Source: Eledone cirrhosa
Lineage: Eukaryota
Direction: 5' to 3'
Length of the DNA stretch: 64,000 nt
Assembly (NCBI GenBank): GCA_964016885.1
Contig: OZ024740.1
Span: forward strand, 7,812,001-7,876,000
The first letter of the stretch is position 1, and every line of letters begins with the position of its first letter. The notes under the pieces were generated by a model that saw nothing but the letters and a program-made list of their open reading frames with translations, ran no database searches and was not told the DNA's origin. This document shows positions 15,001 through 29,712 of this stretch, in pieces. Both the position numbers and the translations under genes were made by a program.

Positions 15001-17610
15001 TTTGATTGGTATATCAGTTACTATTGGTATCTCAGTTTTGATTGGTATGTCAGTTTTGATTGGTATATCAGTTTCGATTGGTATGTGAGTTTCTATTGGT
15101 ATATTAGTTTCTATTGGTATGTCAGTTTCGATAGGTATGTCAGTTTCTAATGGTAATCAGTTTCGATTGGTATGTTAGTTTCGATCGTTATGTCAGTTTC
15201 GATTGGTATATCAGTTTCTATTGGTATGACAGTTTCGATTGGTATATCAGTTTCGATTGGTATGTCAGTTTCGATTTGTATGTCAGTTTCGATTGGTATA
15301 TCAGTTTCGAATAGTGCGTCAATCTCGATTGTTATGTCAGTTTCGATTGGTATATCACTTTCGGTTGGTATGTCAGCTTCGATTAGTATATCAGTTTCTA
15401 TTAGTATGTCAGTTTCTATTGGTATATCAGCTTCGATTGGTATATCCGTTTAGATTAGTATGTCAGATTCTATTGGTATGTCAGTTTCGGTCAGTATAAC
15501 AGTTTCTATTGGTATGTCAGTTTCGATTGGTATGTCAGTTTCTATTGGTATATCAGTTTTGATTGGCAAAGCAATTCCGATTGGTATATCAGTTTCGATT
15601 GGTATGTCAGTTTCAATTGGTATATCAGTTTCGATTGGTATGTCAGGTTTCGATTGGTATATCAGTTACTATTGGTATGTCAGTTTCGATAGGTATGTCA
15701 GTTTCTATTGGTATATCAGTTTCGATTGGTATGTTAGTTTCGATCGTTATGTCAGTTTCGATTGGTATATCAGTTTCTATTGGTATGACAGTTTTGATTG
15801 GTATATCAGTTTCAATTGGTATGTCAGTTTCGATTGTTATGTCAGTTTCGATTGGTATGTTAGTTTCGTTTAGTATGTAAGTTTCCATTGGTATGTTAAT
15901 TTCGATCGGCATATCAGTTTTGATTAGTATGTCAGTTTCTATTGGTATATCAGTTTTGATTGGTATATCAGTTTCGACTGGTATATCAGTTTAGATTGGT
16001 ATATCAGTTTCGATTGGTATATCAGTTTCGACTGGTATGTCAGTTTCAATTGGTATATGAGGTTCGATTAGTATATCAGTTTTGATTTGTATATCAGTTT
16101 CGATTGGTATGTCAGTTTCGATTGGTATATCAGTTTCTATTGATATATCAGTTTAGATTGGTATGTCAGTTTCGATTCGTATGTCAGTTTCGATTGGTAT
16201 ATCAGTTTCGATTGGTATGTCCGTTTCTATTGATATATCTGTTTCTATTGGTATATCAGGTTCGATTAGTATATCAGTTTTTATTGGTATATCAGTTTCG
16301 ATTTGTATGTCAGTTTCTATTGGTATGTCAGTTTCGATTATTATATCAGTGACTATTGGTATGTCAGTTTCGATTGGTATGTCAATTTCGATTGGTATAT
16401 CAGTTTCTATTGGTATGTCAGTTTCTATTGGTAAATCAGCTTTGATTGGTATATCAGTTTAGATTAGTATGTCAGTTTCTATTGGTATGTCAATTTTGGT
16501 CATTATATCAGTTTCTATTGGTATGTCAGTTTTGATTACTATGTCAGTTTCAATTGGTATATCAGTTTCGATTGGTATATCAGTTAAGATTAGTATGTCA
16601 TTTTCGATTGGTATGTCAGTTTCGATTAGTATGTCAGTTCCTATTGGTATATCAGTTTCGATAGATATATCAGTTTAGATTAGTATGTCAGTTTCTAATG
16701 GTATGTCAGTTTCGATTAGTATATCAGTTTCTATTGGTATGTCAGTTTGGATTGGTATGTCAGTCTGGATTGGTATATCAGTTTCGATTGTTATATCAGT
16801 TTCGATTGGTATGTTAGTTTCTATTGGTATATCAGTTTCTATTGGTATGTCAGTTTCGATTGGTATGTCAGTTTCGATTGTTATGTCAATTTCGATTGGT
16901 ATATCTGTTTCGATTAGTATGTCCGTTTCTATTGGTATATCAGTTTCGATTGTTATATCTGTTTCGATTGGTATGTCAATTTCTATTAGTAGATCAGTTT
17001 TGATTGGTATGTTAGTTACTATTTGTATATCAGTTTCGATTAGTATATCAGTTTCTATTGGTATGTCAGTTTCGATAGGTATGTTACTCCTCGATTTGTA
17101 TGTCAGTTTCTAGTGGTATATCTGTTTCGATGGGTATGTCAGTTTCGATTGGTATGTCAGTTTCTATTGGTATATCAGTTTCGAATGGTATGTCTGTTTC
17201 GATTAGTATATCAGTTTCTATTGGTATGTCAGTTTCTATTTGTATATCAGTTTGGATTGGTATATCAGATTCGATTGGTATGACAGTTTCGATTGGTATG
17301 TCAGTTTCGATTGGTATATCAGTTTCCATTGGTATGTCAGATTCGATTGGAATGTCAGTTTCTATTGGTATATCAGTTTCGATTGGTATGTCAGTTTCTA
17401 TTGGTATATTAGTTTCAATTGGTATGTTAGTTTCAATTGTAAGTCAGCTTCGATTAGTATATCAGTTTCTATTGGTATGTCAGTTTCGATTGGTATATCA
17501 GTTTCAATTTGTATGTCAGTTTTGATTAGTATATCAGTTTCTATTGGTATATCAGTTTCGATTGGTATGTCAGTTTTGATTAGTATATCAGTTTCTATTG
17601 GTATATCAGT

Positions 17611-19920
17611 TTAGATTGGTATGTCAGTTTCGATTTGTATGTCAGTTTCGATTGGTATATCAGTTTCGAATAGTGCGTCAATCTCGATTGGTATGTCAAT
17701 TTCGATTAGTATATCAGTTTCTATTAGTATGTCAGTTTCTATCGGTATGTCAGTTTCGGTCAGTATAACAGTTTCTATTGGTATGTCAGTTTCGATTGGT
17801 ATGTCAGTTTCTATTGGTATATCAGTTTCGATTGGCAAAGCAATTCCGATTGGTATATCAGTTTCGATTGGTATTTCAGTTTCCATTGGTATATCAGTTT
17901 CGATTGGTATGTCAGGTTTGATTGGTATATCAGTTACTATTGGTATCTCAGTTTTGATTGGTATGTCAGTTTTGATTGGTATATCAGTTTCGATTGGTAT
18001 GTGAGTTTCTATTGGTATATTAGTTTCTATTGGTATGTCAGTTTCGATAGGTATGTCAGTTTCTAATGGTAATCAGTTTCGATTGGTATGTTAGTTTCGA
18101 TCGTTATGTCAGTTTCGATTGGTATATCAGTTTCTATTGGTATGACAGTTTCGATTGGTATATCAGTTTCGATTGGTATGTCAGTTTCGATTTGTATGTC
18201 AGTTTCGATTGGTATGTCAGTTTCGATTGGTATATCAGTTTCGAATAGTGCGTCAATCTCGATTGTTATGTCAGTTTCGATTGGTATATCACTTTCGGTT
18301 GGTATGTCAGCTTCGATTAGTATATCAGTTTCTATTAGTATGTCAGTTTCTATTGGTATATCAGCTTCGATTGGTATATCCGTTTAGATTAGTATGTCAG
18401 ATTCTATTGGTATGTCAGTTTCGGTCAGTATAACAGTTTCTATTGGTATGTCAGTTTCGATTGGTATGTCAGTTTCTATTAGTATATCAGTTTCGATTGG
18501 CAAAGCAATTCCGATTGGTATATCAGTTTCGATTGGTATGTCAGTTTCAATTGGTATATCAGTTTCGATTGGTATGTCAGGTTTGATTGGTATATCAGTT
18601 ACTATTGGTATGTCAGATTCGATTGGAATGTCAGTTTCTATTGGTATATCAGTTTCGATTGGTATGTCAGTTTCTATTGGTATATTAGTTTCAATTGGTA
18701 TGTTAGTTTAAATTGTAAGTCAGCTTCGATTAGTATATCAGTTTCTATTGGTATGTCAGTTTCGATTGGTATATCAGTTTCAATTTGTATGTCAGTTTCT
18801 ATTGGTATATCAGTTCCTATTGGGATGTCAGTGTCGATTGGTATATCAGTTTCGATTGGTATATCAGTTTCGATTGGTATGTCAGTTTCGATTAGTATAT
18901 CAGTTTCTATTGGTATATCAGTTTAGATTGGTATGTCAGTTTCGATTTGTATGTCAGTTTCGATTGGTATATCAGTTTCGAATAGTGCGTCAATCTCGAT
19001 TGGTATGTCAATTTCGATTAGTATATCAGTTTCTATTAGTATGTCAGTTTCTATTGGTATGTCAGTTTCGGTCAGTATAACAGTTTCTATTGGTAAGTCA
19101 GTTTCGATTGGTATGTCAGTTTCTATTGGTATATCAGTTTCGATTGGCAAAGCAATTCCGATTGGTATATCAGTTTCGATTGGTATTTCAGTTTCCATTG
19201 GTATATCAGTTTCGATTGGTATGTCAGGTTTGATTGGTATATCAGTTACTATTGGTATCTCAGTTTTGATTGGTATGTCAGTTTTGATTGGTATATCAGT
19301 TTCGATTGGTATGTGAGTTTCTATTGGTATATTAGTTTCTATTGGTATGTCAGTTTCGATAGGTATGTCAGTTTCTAATGGTAATCAGTTTCGATTGGTA
19401 TGTTAGTTTCGATCGTTATGTCAGTTTCGATTGGTATATCAGTTTCTATTGGTATGACAGTTTCGATTGGTATATCAGTTTCGATTGGTATGTCAGTTTC
19501 GATTTGTATGTCAGTTTCGATTGGTATGTCAGTTTCGATTGGTATATCAGTTTCGAATAGTGCGTCAATCTCGATTGTTATGTCAGTTTCGATTGGTATA
19601 TCACTTTCGGTTGGTATGTCAGCTTCGATTAGTATATCAGTTTCTATTAGTATGTCAGTTTCTATTGGTATATCAGCTTCGATTGGTATATCCGTTTAGA
19701 TTAGTATGTCAGATTCTATTGGTATGTCAGTTTCGGTCAGTATAACAGTTTCTATTGGTATGTCAGTTTCGATTGGTATGTCAGTTTCTATTGGTATATC
19801 AGTTTCGATTGGCAAAGCAATTCCGATTGGTATATCAGTTTCAATTGGTATGTCAGTTTCAATTGGTATATCAGTTTCGATTGGTATGTCAGGTTTGATT
19901 GGTATATCAGTTACTATTGG
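17611..19920. repeat. Higher-order tandem duplication, period 1312 bp (boundaries approximate)
   Basis: Matching ORF-track patterns offset by 1312 (17611/18923, 18066/19378, 18394/19706); shared rare 1-bp-deletion variant CTAATGGTAATCAG. Confidence 0.8.
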
Positions 19921-20386
19921 TATCTCAGTTTCGATTGGTATGTCAGTTTCGATTGGTATATCAGTTTCGATTGGTATGTCAGTTTCGATTGTTATGTCAG
20001 TTTCGATTGGTATGTCAGTTTCGTTTAGTATCTAAGTTTCCATTGGTATGTTAATTTCGATTGGTATATCAGTTTTGATTAGTATGTCAGTATCTATTGG
20101 TATATCAGTTTCGATTGGTATATCAGTTTCGACTGGTATATCAGTTTCGATTGGTATATCAGTTTCGATTGGTATGTCAGGTTTGATTGGTATATCAGTT
20201 ACTATTGGTATGTCAGATGCGATTGGAATGTCAGTTTCTATTGGTATATCAGTTTCGATTGGTATGTCAGTTTCTATTGGTATATTAGTTTCGATTGGTA
20301 TGTTAGTTTCAATTGTAAGTCAGCTTCGATTAGTATATCAGTTTCTATTGGTATGTCAGTTTCGATTGGTATATCAGTTTCAATTT

Positions 20387-23300
20387 GTATGTCAGTTTCT
20401 ATTGGTATATCAGTTCCTATTGGGATGTCAGTGTCGATTGGTATATCAGTTTCGATTGGTATATCAGTTTCGATTGGTATGTCAGTTTCGATTAGTATAT
20501 CAGTTTCTATTGGTATATCAGTTTAAGATTGGTATGTCAGTTTCGATTTGTATGTCAGTTTCGATTGGTATATCAGTTTCGAATAGTGCGTCAATCTCGA
20601 TTGGTATGTCAATTTCGATTAGTATATCAGTTTCTATTAGTATGTCAGTTTCTATTGGTATGTCAGTTTCGGTCAGTATAACAGTTTCTATTGGTATGTC
20701 AGTTTCGATTGGTATGTCAGTTTCTATTGGTATATCAGTTTCGATTGGCAAAGCAATTCCGATTGGTATATCAGTTTCGATTGGTATTTCAGTTTCCATT
20801 GGTATATCAGTTTCGATTGGTATGTCAGGTTTGATTGGTATATCAGTTACTATTGGTATCTCAGTTTTGATTGGTATGTCAGTTTTGATTGGTATATCAG
20901 TTTCGATTGGTATGTGAGTTTCTATTGGTATATTAGTTTCTATTGGTATGTCAGTTTCGATAGGTGTGTCAGTTTCTAATGGTAATCAGTTTCGATTGGT
21001 ATGTTAGTTTCGATCGTTATGTCAGTTTCGATTGGTATATCAGTTTCTATTGGTATGACAGTTTCGATTGGTATATCAGTTTCGATTGGTATGTCAGTTT
21101 CGATTTGTATGTCAGTTTCGATTGGTATGTCAGTTTCGATTGGTATATCAGTTTCGAATAGTGCGTCAATCTCGATTGTTATGTCAGTTTCGATTGGTAT
21201 ATCACTTTCGGTTGGTATGTCAGCTTCGATTAGTATATCAGTTTCTATTAGTATGTCAGTTTCTATTGGTATATCAGCTTCGATTGGTATATCCGTTTAG
21301 ATTAGTATGTCAGATTCTATTGGTATGTCAGTTTCGGTCAGTATAACAGTTTCTATTGGTATGTCAGTTTCGATTGGTATGTCAGTTTCTATTGGTATAT
21401 CAGTTTCGATTGGCAAAGCAATTCCGATTGGTATATCAGTTTCGATTGGTATGTCAGTTTCAATTGGTATATCAGTTTCGATTGGTATGTCAGGTTTGAT
21501 TGGTATATCAGTTACTATTGGTATCTCAGTTTCGATTGGTATGTCAGTTTCGATTGGTATATCAGTTTCGATTGGTATGTCAGTTTCGATTGTTATGTCA
21601 GTTTCGATTGGTATATCAGTTTCCATTAGTATGTCAGTTTCTATTGGTATATCAGTTTCGATTGGTATATCAGTTTCAATTTGTATGTCAGTTTCTATTG
21701 GTATATCAGTTCCTGTTGGGATGTCAGTTTCGATTGGTATATCAGTTTCGATTGGTATATCAGATCCTATTGCTATATCAGTTTTTATTGGTATTTCTGT
21801 TTCGATTGGTATGTAAGTGTCGATTGGTATATCAGTTTCGATTGGTATGTCAGTTTCGATTGGTATATCAGTTTCGATTGGTATGTCCGTTTCTATTGAT
21901 ATATCTGTTTTTATTGGTATGTCAGTTGCGATAGGTATGTCAGTTTTTATTGGTATATCAGTTTCGATTTGTATGTCAGTTTCGATTGGTATGTCAATTT
22001 CAATTGGTATATCAGTTTCAATTGGTATATCAGTTTAGATTAGTATGTCAGTTTCGATTGGTATGTCAGTTTCGATTAGTATGTCAGTTTCTATTGGTAT
22101 ATCAGTTTCGATGGATATATCAGTTTCGATTAGTATGTCAGTTTCTAATGGTATGTCAGTTTCGATTAGTATATCAGTTTCTATTGGTATGTCCGTTTGG
22201 ATTGGTATGTCAATCTGGATTGGTATATCAGTTTCGATTGTTATATCAGTTTCGATTGGTATGTAAGTTTCTATTGGTATATCAGTTTCTATTGGTATGT
22301 CAGTTTCGATTGGTATGTCAGTTTCGATTGTTATGTCAATTTCGATTGGTATATCAGTTTCGATTGTTATATCTGTTTCGATTGGTATGTCAATTTCTAT
22401 TGGTAGATCAGTTTTGATTGGTATGTTAGTTACTATTGGTATATCAGTTTCGATTAGTATATCAGTTTCTATTGGTATGTCAGTTTCGATAGGTATGTTA
22501 GTCCTCGATTTGTATGTCAGTTTCTATTTGTATATCAGTTTGGATTGGTATATCAGATTCGATTGGTATGACAGTTTCGATTGGTATTTCAGTTTCGATT
22601 GGTATATCAGTTTCCATCGGTATGTCAGATTCGATTGGAATGTCAGTTTCGATTGGTATGTCAGTTTCGATTGGTATATCAGTTTCGATTGGTATGTTAG
22701 TTTCTATTGGTAAGTCAGCTTCGATTAGTATATCAGTTTCTATTGGTATGTCAGTTTCGATTGGTATATCAGTTTCGATTGGTATGTCAGGTTTGATTGG
22801 TATATCAGTTACTATTGGTATCTCAGTTTCGATTGGTATGTCAGTTTCGATTGGTATATCAGTTTCGATTGGTATGTCAGTTTCTATTGGTATATTAGTT
22901 TCTACTGGTATGTCAGTTTCGATAGGTATGTCAGTTTCTATTGGTATATCAGTTCCTATTGGGATGTCAGTGTCGATTGGTATATCAGTTTCGATTGGTA
23001 TATCAGTTTCGATTGGTATGTCAGTTTCGATTAGTATATCAGTTTCTATTGGTATATCAGTTTAAGATTGGTATGTCAGTTTCGATTTGTATGTCAGTTT
23101 CGATTGGTATATCAGTTTCGAATAGTGCGTCAATCTCGATTGGTATGTCAATTTCGATTAGTATATCAGTTTCTATTAGTATGTCAGTTTCTATTGGTAT
23201 GTCAGTTTCGGTCAGTATAACAGTTTCTATTGGTATGTCAGTTTCGATTGGTATGTCAGTTTCTATTGGTATATCAGTTTCGATTGGCAAAGCAATTCCG

Positions 23301-25493
23301 ATTGGTATATCAGTTTCGATTGGTATTTCAGTTTCCATTGGTATATCAGTTTCGATTGGTATGTCAGGTTTGATTGGTATATCAGTTACTATTGGTATCT
23401 CAGTTTTGATTGGTATGTCAGTTTTGATTGGTATATCAGTTTCGATTGGTATGTGAGTTTCTATTGGTATATTAGTTTCTATTGGTATGTCAGTTTCGAT
23501 AGGTGTGTCAGTTTCTAATGGTAATCAGTTTCGATTGGTATGTTAGTTTCGATCGTTATGTCAGTTTCGATTGGTATATCAGTTTCTATTGGTATGACAG
23601 TTTCGATTGGTATATCAGTTTCGATTGGTATGTCAGTTTCGATTTGTATGTCAGTTTCGATTGGTATGTCAGTTTCGATTGGTATATCAGTTTCGAATAG
23701 TGCGTCAATCTCGATTGTTATGTCAGTTTCGATTGGTATATCACTTTCGGTTGGTATGTCAGCTTCGATTAGTATATCAGTTTCTATTAGTATGTCAGTT
23801 TCTATTGGTATATCAGCTTCGATTGGTATATCCGTTTAGATTAGTATGTCAGATTCTATTGGTATGTCAGTTTCGGTCAGTATAACAGTTTCTATTGGTA
23901 TGTCAGTTTCGATTGGTATGTCAGTTTCTATTGGTATATCAGTTTCGATTGGCAAAGCAATTCCGATTGGTATATCAGTTTCGATTGGTATGTCAGTTTC
24001 AATTGGTATATCAGTTTCGATTGGTATGTCAGGTTTGATTGGTATATCAGTTACTATTGGTATCTCAGTTTCGATTGGTATGTCAGTTTCGATTGGTATA
24101 TCAGTTTCGATTGGTATGTCAGTTTCGATTGTTATGTCAGTTTCGATTGGTATATCAGTTTCCATTAGTATGTCAGTTTCTATTGGTATATCAGTTTCGA
24201 TTGGTATATCAGTTTCAATTTGTATGTCAGTTTCTATTGGTATATCAGTTCCTGTTGGGATGTCAGTTTCGATTGGTATATCAGTTTCGATTGGTATATC
24301 AGATCCTATTGCTATATCAGTTTTTATTGGTATTTCTGTTTCGATTGGTATGTAAGTGTCGATTGGTATATCAGTTTCGATTGGTATGTCAGTTTCGATT
24401 GGTATATCAGTTTCGATTGGTATGTCCGTTTCTATTGATATATCTGTTTTTATTGGTATGTCAGTTGCGATAGGTATGTCAGTTTTTATTGGTATATCAG
24501 TTTCGATTTGTATGTCAGTTTCGATTGGTATGTCAATTTCAATTGGTATATCAGTTTCAATTGGTATATCAGTTTAGATTAGTATGTCAGTTTCGATTGG
24601 TATGTCAGTTTCGATTAGTATGTCAGTTTCTATTGGTATATCAGTTTCGATGGATATATCAGTTTCGATTAGTATGTCAGTTTCTAATGGTATGTCAGTT
24701 TCGATTAGTATATCAGTTTCTATTGGTATGTCCGTTTGGATTGGTATGTCAATCTGGATTGGTATATCAGTTTCGATTGTTATATCAGTTTCGATTGGTA
24801 TGTAAGTTTCTATTGGTATATCAGTTTCTATTGGTATGTCAGTTTCGATTGGTATGTCAGTTTCGATTGTTATGTCAATTTCGATTGGTATATCAGTTTC
24901 GATTGTTATATCTGTTTCGATTGGTATGTCAATTTCTATTGGTAGATCAGTTTTGATTGGTATGTTAGTTACTATTGGTATATCAGTTTCGATTAGTATA
25001 TCAGTTTCTATTGGTATGTCAGTTTCGATAGGTATGTTAGTCCTCGATTTGTATGTCAGTTTCTATTTGTATATCAGTTTGGATTGGTATATCAGATTCG
25101 ATTGGTATGACAGTTTCGATTGGTATTTCAGTTTCGATTGGTATATCAGTTTCCATCGGTATGTCAGATTCGATTGGAATGTCAGTTTCGATTGGTATGT
25201 CAGTTTCGATTGGTATATCAGTTTCGATTGGTATGTTAGTTTCTATTGGTAAGTCAGCTTCGATTAGTATATCAGTTTCTATTGGTATGTCAGTTTCGAT
25301 TGGTATATCAGTTTCGATTGGTATGTCAGGTTTGATTGGTATATCAGTTACTATTGGTATCTCAGTTTCGATTGGTATGTCAGTTTCGATTGGTATATCA
25401 GTTTCGATTGGTATGTCAGTTTCTATTGGTATATTAGTTTCTACTGGTATGTCAGTTTCGATAGGTATGTCAGTTTCTATTGGTATATCAGTT
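20387..25493. repeat. Higher-order tandem duplication, period 2539 bp (141 monomers + 1 bp), near-identical copies
   Basis: Rare variants GTTTAAGATT, ATAGGTGTGTC, ATGGATATATC and TTCCATCGG recur at +2539; identical ORF translations at 20518/23057, 20964/23503 and 22297/24836. Confidence 0.9.
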
Positions 25494-27971
25494 TCGATTG
25501 GTATGTCAGTTTCGATTGGTATGTCAGTTTCGATTGCTATGTCAGTTTCGTTTAATATGTAAGTTTCCATTGGTATATCAGTTTTGATTGATATATCAGT
25601 TTCGATTGGTATATCAGTTTCCATTAGTATGTCAGTTTCTATTGGTATATCAGTTTCGATTGGTATATCAGTTCCTGTTGGGATGTCAGTTTCGATTGGT
25701 ATGTCTGTTTCGATTGGTATGTAAGGGTCGATTGGTATATCAGTTTCGATTGGTATGTCCGTTTCTATTGATATATCTGTTTCTATTGGTATGTCAGTTT
25801 CGATAGGTATGTCAGTTTTTATTGGTATATCAGTTTCGATTTGTATGTCAGTTTCTATTGGTATGTCATTTTCGATTATTTTATCAGTTTCTATTGGTAT
25901 GTCAGTTTTGATTGGTATATCAGTTTAGATTAGTATGTCAGTTTCTATTGGTATGTCAGTTTCGGTCAGTATATCAGTTTCTCTTGGTATGTCAGTTTCG
26001 ATTGCTATGTCAGTTTCAATTGGTATATCAGTTTCGATTGGTATATCAGTTTAGATTAGTATGTCAGTTTCGATTGGTATGTCAGTTTCGATTGTTATAT
26101 CAGTTTCGATTGGTATGTAAGTTTCTATTGGTATATCAGTTTCTATTGGTATGTCAGTTTCGATTGGTATGTCAGTTTCGATTGTCATGTCAATTTCGAT
26201 TGGTATATCAGTTACGATTAGTATGTCCGTTTCTATTGGTATATCAGTTTCGATTGTTATATCTGTTTCGATTGGTATGTTAGTCCTCGATTTGTATGTC
26301 AGTTTCTATTGGTATATCTGTTTCGATGGGTATGTCAGTTTTGATTGGTATGTCAGTTTCTATTGGTATATCAGTTTCGAATGGTATGTCTGTTTCGATT
26401 AGTATATCAGTTTCTATTGGTATGTTCGTTTCAATTGGTATGTTAATTTCTATTGGTAAGTCAGCTTCGATTAGTATATCAGTTTCTATTGGTATGTCAG
26501 TTTCGATTGGTATGTCAGTTTCGATTGGTATATCAGTTTCTATTGGTATATCAGTTTCGATTGGTATGTCAGTTTCTATTTGTATATCAGTTTGGATTGG
26601 TATATCAGATTCGATTGGTATGACAGTTTCGACTGGTATGTCAGTTTCGATTGGTATATCAGTTTCCATTGGTATGTCAGATTCGATTGGAATATCAGTT
26701 TCTATTGGTATATCAGTTTCGATTGGTATGTCAGTTTCGATTGCTATGTCCGTTTCAATTGGTATATCAGTTTCGAATGGTATGTCAATCTCGATTCGTA
26801 TGTCAGTTTCTATTTTATATCAGTTTGGATTGGTATATCAGTTTAGATTGGAATGTCAGTTTCTATTGGTATATCAATTTCCATTGGTATGTCAGATTCG
26901 ATTGGTATGTCTGTTTCTATTGGTATATCAGTTTAGATTGGTATATCAGTTTCGATTGGGATGTCAGTTTCGATTGGTATCTCAGTTTCGATTAGTATAT
27001 CAGTTTCGATTGGTATATCAGTTTCTATTAGTATGTCAGTTTCTATTGGTATATCAGTTTCGATTGGGATATCAGTTTCAATTTGTATGTCAGTTTCTAT
27101 TGGTATATCAGATCCTATTGGGATGTCAGTGTCGATTGGTATATCAATTTCGATTGGTATATCAGTTGCTATTGCTATATATGTTTCTATTGGTATATCA
27201 GTTCCTATTGCTATACATGTTTCTATTGGTATGTCAGTTTCGATTGGTATCTAAGTTTCGATTGGTATATCAGTTTCGATTGGTATGTCAGTTTTGATTA
27301 GTATATCAGTTTCTATTGGTATATCAGTTTAGATTGGTATGTCAGTTTCGATTGGTATGTCAGTTTCAATTGGTATATCAGTTTCGAATAGTGCGTCAAT
27401 CTCGATTGGTATGTCAGTTTCGATTGGTATATCACTTTCGATTGGTATGTCAGTTTCGTTTAGTATATCAGTTTCTATTAGTATGTCAGTTTCTATTGGT
27501 TTATCAGCTTCGATTGGTATGTCAGGTTTGATTGGTATATCTGTTTCGATTGGTATATCAGTTTCGATTGGTATGTCAGTTTCGATTGTTATATCAGTTT
27601 CTATTGGTATGACAGTTTCGATTGTTATGTCAGTTTCGAATGGTATGTCAGTTTCGATTGGTATGTCAATTTCGATTGGTATATCAGTTTTGATTAGTAT
27701 GTCAGTTTCGATTGGTATGTCAGTTTCGATTAGTATATCAGTTTCTATTGGTATATCAGTTTCTATTGGATTGACAGCTTCGATTGGTATGTCAGTTTCG
27801 ATTGGTATGTCAGTTTCGATTGGTATGTCAATTTCGATTGGTATATCAGTTTTGATTAGTATGTCAGTTTCGATTGGCATGTCAGATTCTATTGGTATAT
27901 CAGTTTCGATTGGTATATCAGTTTCGATTGGTATAGCAGTTTCTATAGGTATATCAGTTTATATTGGTAGG

Positions 27972-29712
27972 CTATGAAAGGCTACTAAATGAGGAGAATA
28001 AATGGGAGAAAGACAGTCTCCCCCATATCGACCCAATAGAGGGACCAGCAGTGTTAGTCGAGGGGAGTATAATAAGTAAGGCAATCAAGGATATGAAGAC
28101 GGGTAAGGCGGCTGGGCCTTCGGAAATAGTTGCTGAGTTGCTGAAGGCATCTGGCACGGTGGGACACACCATGGTCACCCGCATAGTTAACCAAGTCGTA
28201 CAGAATAGGGTTGTTCCGAAGGACTGGCATAGCAGCATCATCGTTAACTGTTATAAGGGTAAAGGAGACGCCCTAGATAGGAGTAACTATAGAGGCATTA
28301 AATTAATCGACCAGGTCATGAAGGTCACGGAAAAAGTAATAGTGCAACTAATCAGAGAGAGAATTGACCTAGATGAAATGCAGTTCGGGTTTGTGTCAGG
28401 CAAAAGTACCACAGATGCTCTTTTCATTGTACGACAACTACAGGAGAAGTACCTAGCTAAAGGTAAACCCCTCTACTTAGCTTTTGTCGACTTGGAGAAA
28501 GCCTTCGACAGAGTCCCCCGCTCCATTATCTGGTGGGCTCTTAGAAAACTAGGCGTTGACGAATGGCTTGTGAGGGCTATACAAGCCATGTATAAAGGAA
28601 CAGTCAGCAAGGTTAGAATTAACAACGAATATAGTGAAGAGTTTAGCGTAAAAGTTGGCGTCCATCAGGGCTCTGTTCTCAGCCCCCTACTATTTATTAT
28701 TGCCCTTCAGGCTATAACAGATGAGTTCAAGACCGGCTGCCCATGGGAACTCCTATACACAGATAACCTGACACTCATAGCCGAATCAATGGCCGAGCTA
28801 GAGAAGAAATTCCAAACATGGAAGCACGGCCTAGAATCAAAAGGACTTAAAATTAACCTGGCTAAGACTAAAGTTCTAGTTTGTAGGAAAGAAAATAAGG
28901 CGGCGGTCCCTTCTGGGAAATGGTCGTGCTCGGTGTGTAGGAAAGGCGTAGGTAGAAACTCCATTTTATGTCCTAAATGCAAAGTATGGGTGCATAAAAG
29001 ATGTAGTGGGATCACAGGTAAGCTAACTAAGAACATAGATTTTACATGTGGCCGGTGCTCTGGTGCAATAAGTAGCAGCAAGTGCCCACATAATACTAGC
29101 TCTTTCAATTGCGCAGAGGGTTCTATAGAAATAGTGGACAGCTTCCGTTACCTGGGCGATAAAATCAGCATTGGGGGAGGGTGCTCTGAAAGTACAGTAG
29201 CTAGAGTCAGAACTGGTTGGAAAAAGTTCAGAGAACTTATACCACTATTAGCTGCTAAAGGGTTCTCCCTATAAATGAAAGGCAGGTTATACGATGCCTG
29301 CATACGAACAGCAATGTTGCATGGCAGTGAGACCTGGGCATTGTGTGCAGAGGATATACGCAGACTAGAGAGGAACGAAGCTTGCATGCTCCGCTGGATG
29401 TGTAACAGTAATATACGTGAACGGCAAAGCATAAACGAACTAAGGAAAAAATTAGAAATAAGAGGGATCAGATGTTGTTTACTCGAGAGAAGTCTACGTT
29501 GGTATGGACACGTGATACGCATGAAAGTCGATAGCTGTATAACAAAGTGCAGGGCAATAAAGATAGACGGTAGCCACGGAATAGGCAGACCTAGAAAAAC
29601 TTGGGACGAGCTGATAAACTCCGACCTCACACACTTACACCTCTCCAAGACAATGTCACTGGACCGAGACCTTTGGCGGTACTCAGTAACAGAGAAGACC
29701 CACCTTACCTAA
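27972..29712 (+). pseudogene. Disabled LINE ORF: reverse transcriptase, PHD-like finger and C-terminal domain
   Basis: ORFs 27964-29274 and 29275-29712 are one frame split by TAA at 29272-29274 (AAA in copy 2). Catalytic YADD reads YTDN (28756-28767). No true start codon. Confidence 0.92.
28927..29058 (+). other. C4HC3 PHD-like zinc finger coding segment within LINE ORF
   Basis: CSVC-x10-CPKC-x4-H-x2-C-x14-CGRC; all eight ligands are also intact in copy 2 (58652-58783). Confidence 0.8.

Larger units (their letters stand above)
1..27969. repeat. 18-bp tandem satellite, left sub-array (consensus ATTGGTATRTCAGTTTCK), about 1550 monomers
   Basis: Continuous head-to-tail 18-mers in one orientation. 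Recurrent diagnostic variants: GGCAAAGCAATTCCG, GAATAGTGCGTCAATCTCG, GTTCCTGTTGGGA, AGATCCTATTGCT. Confidence 0.99.
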
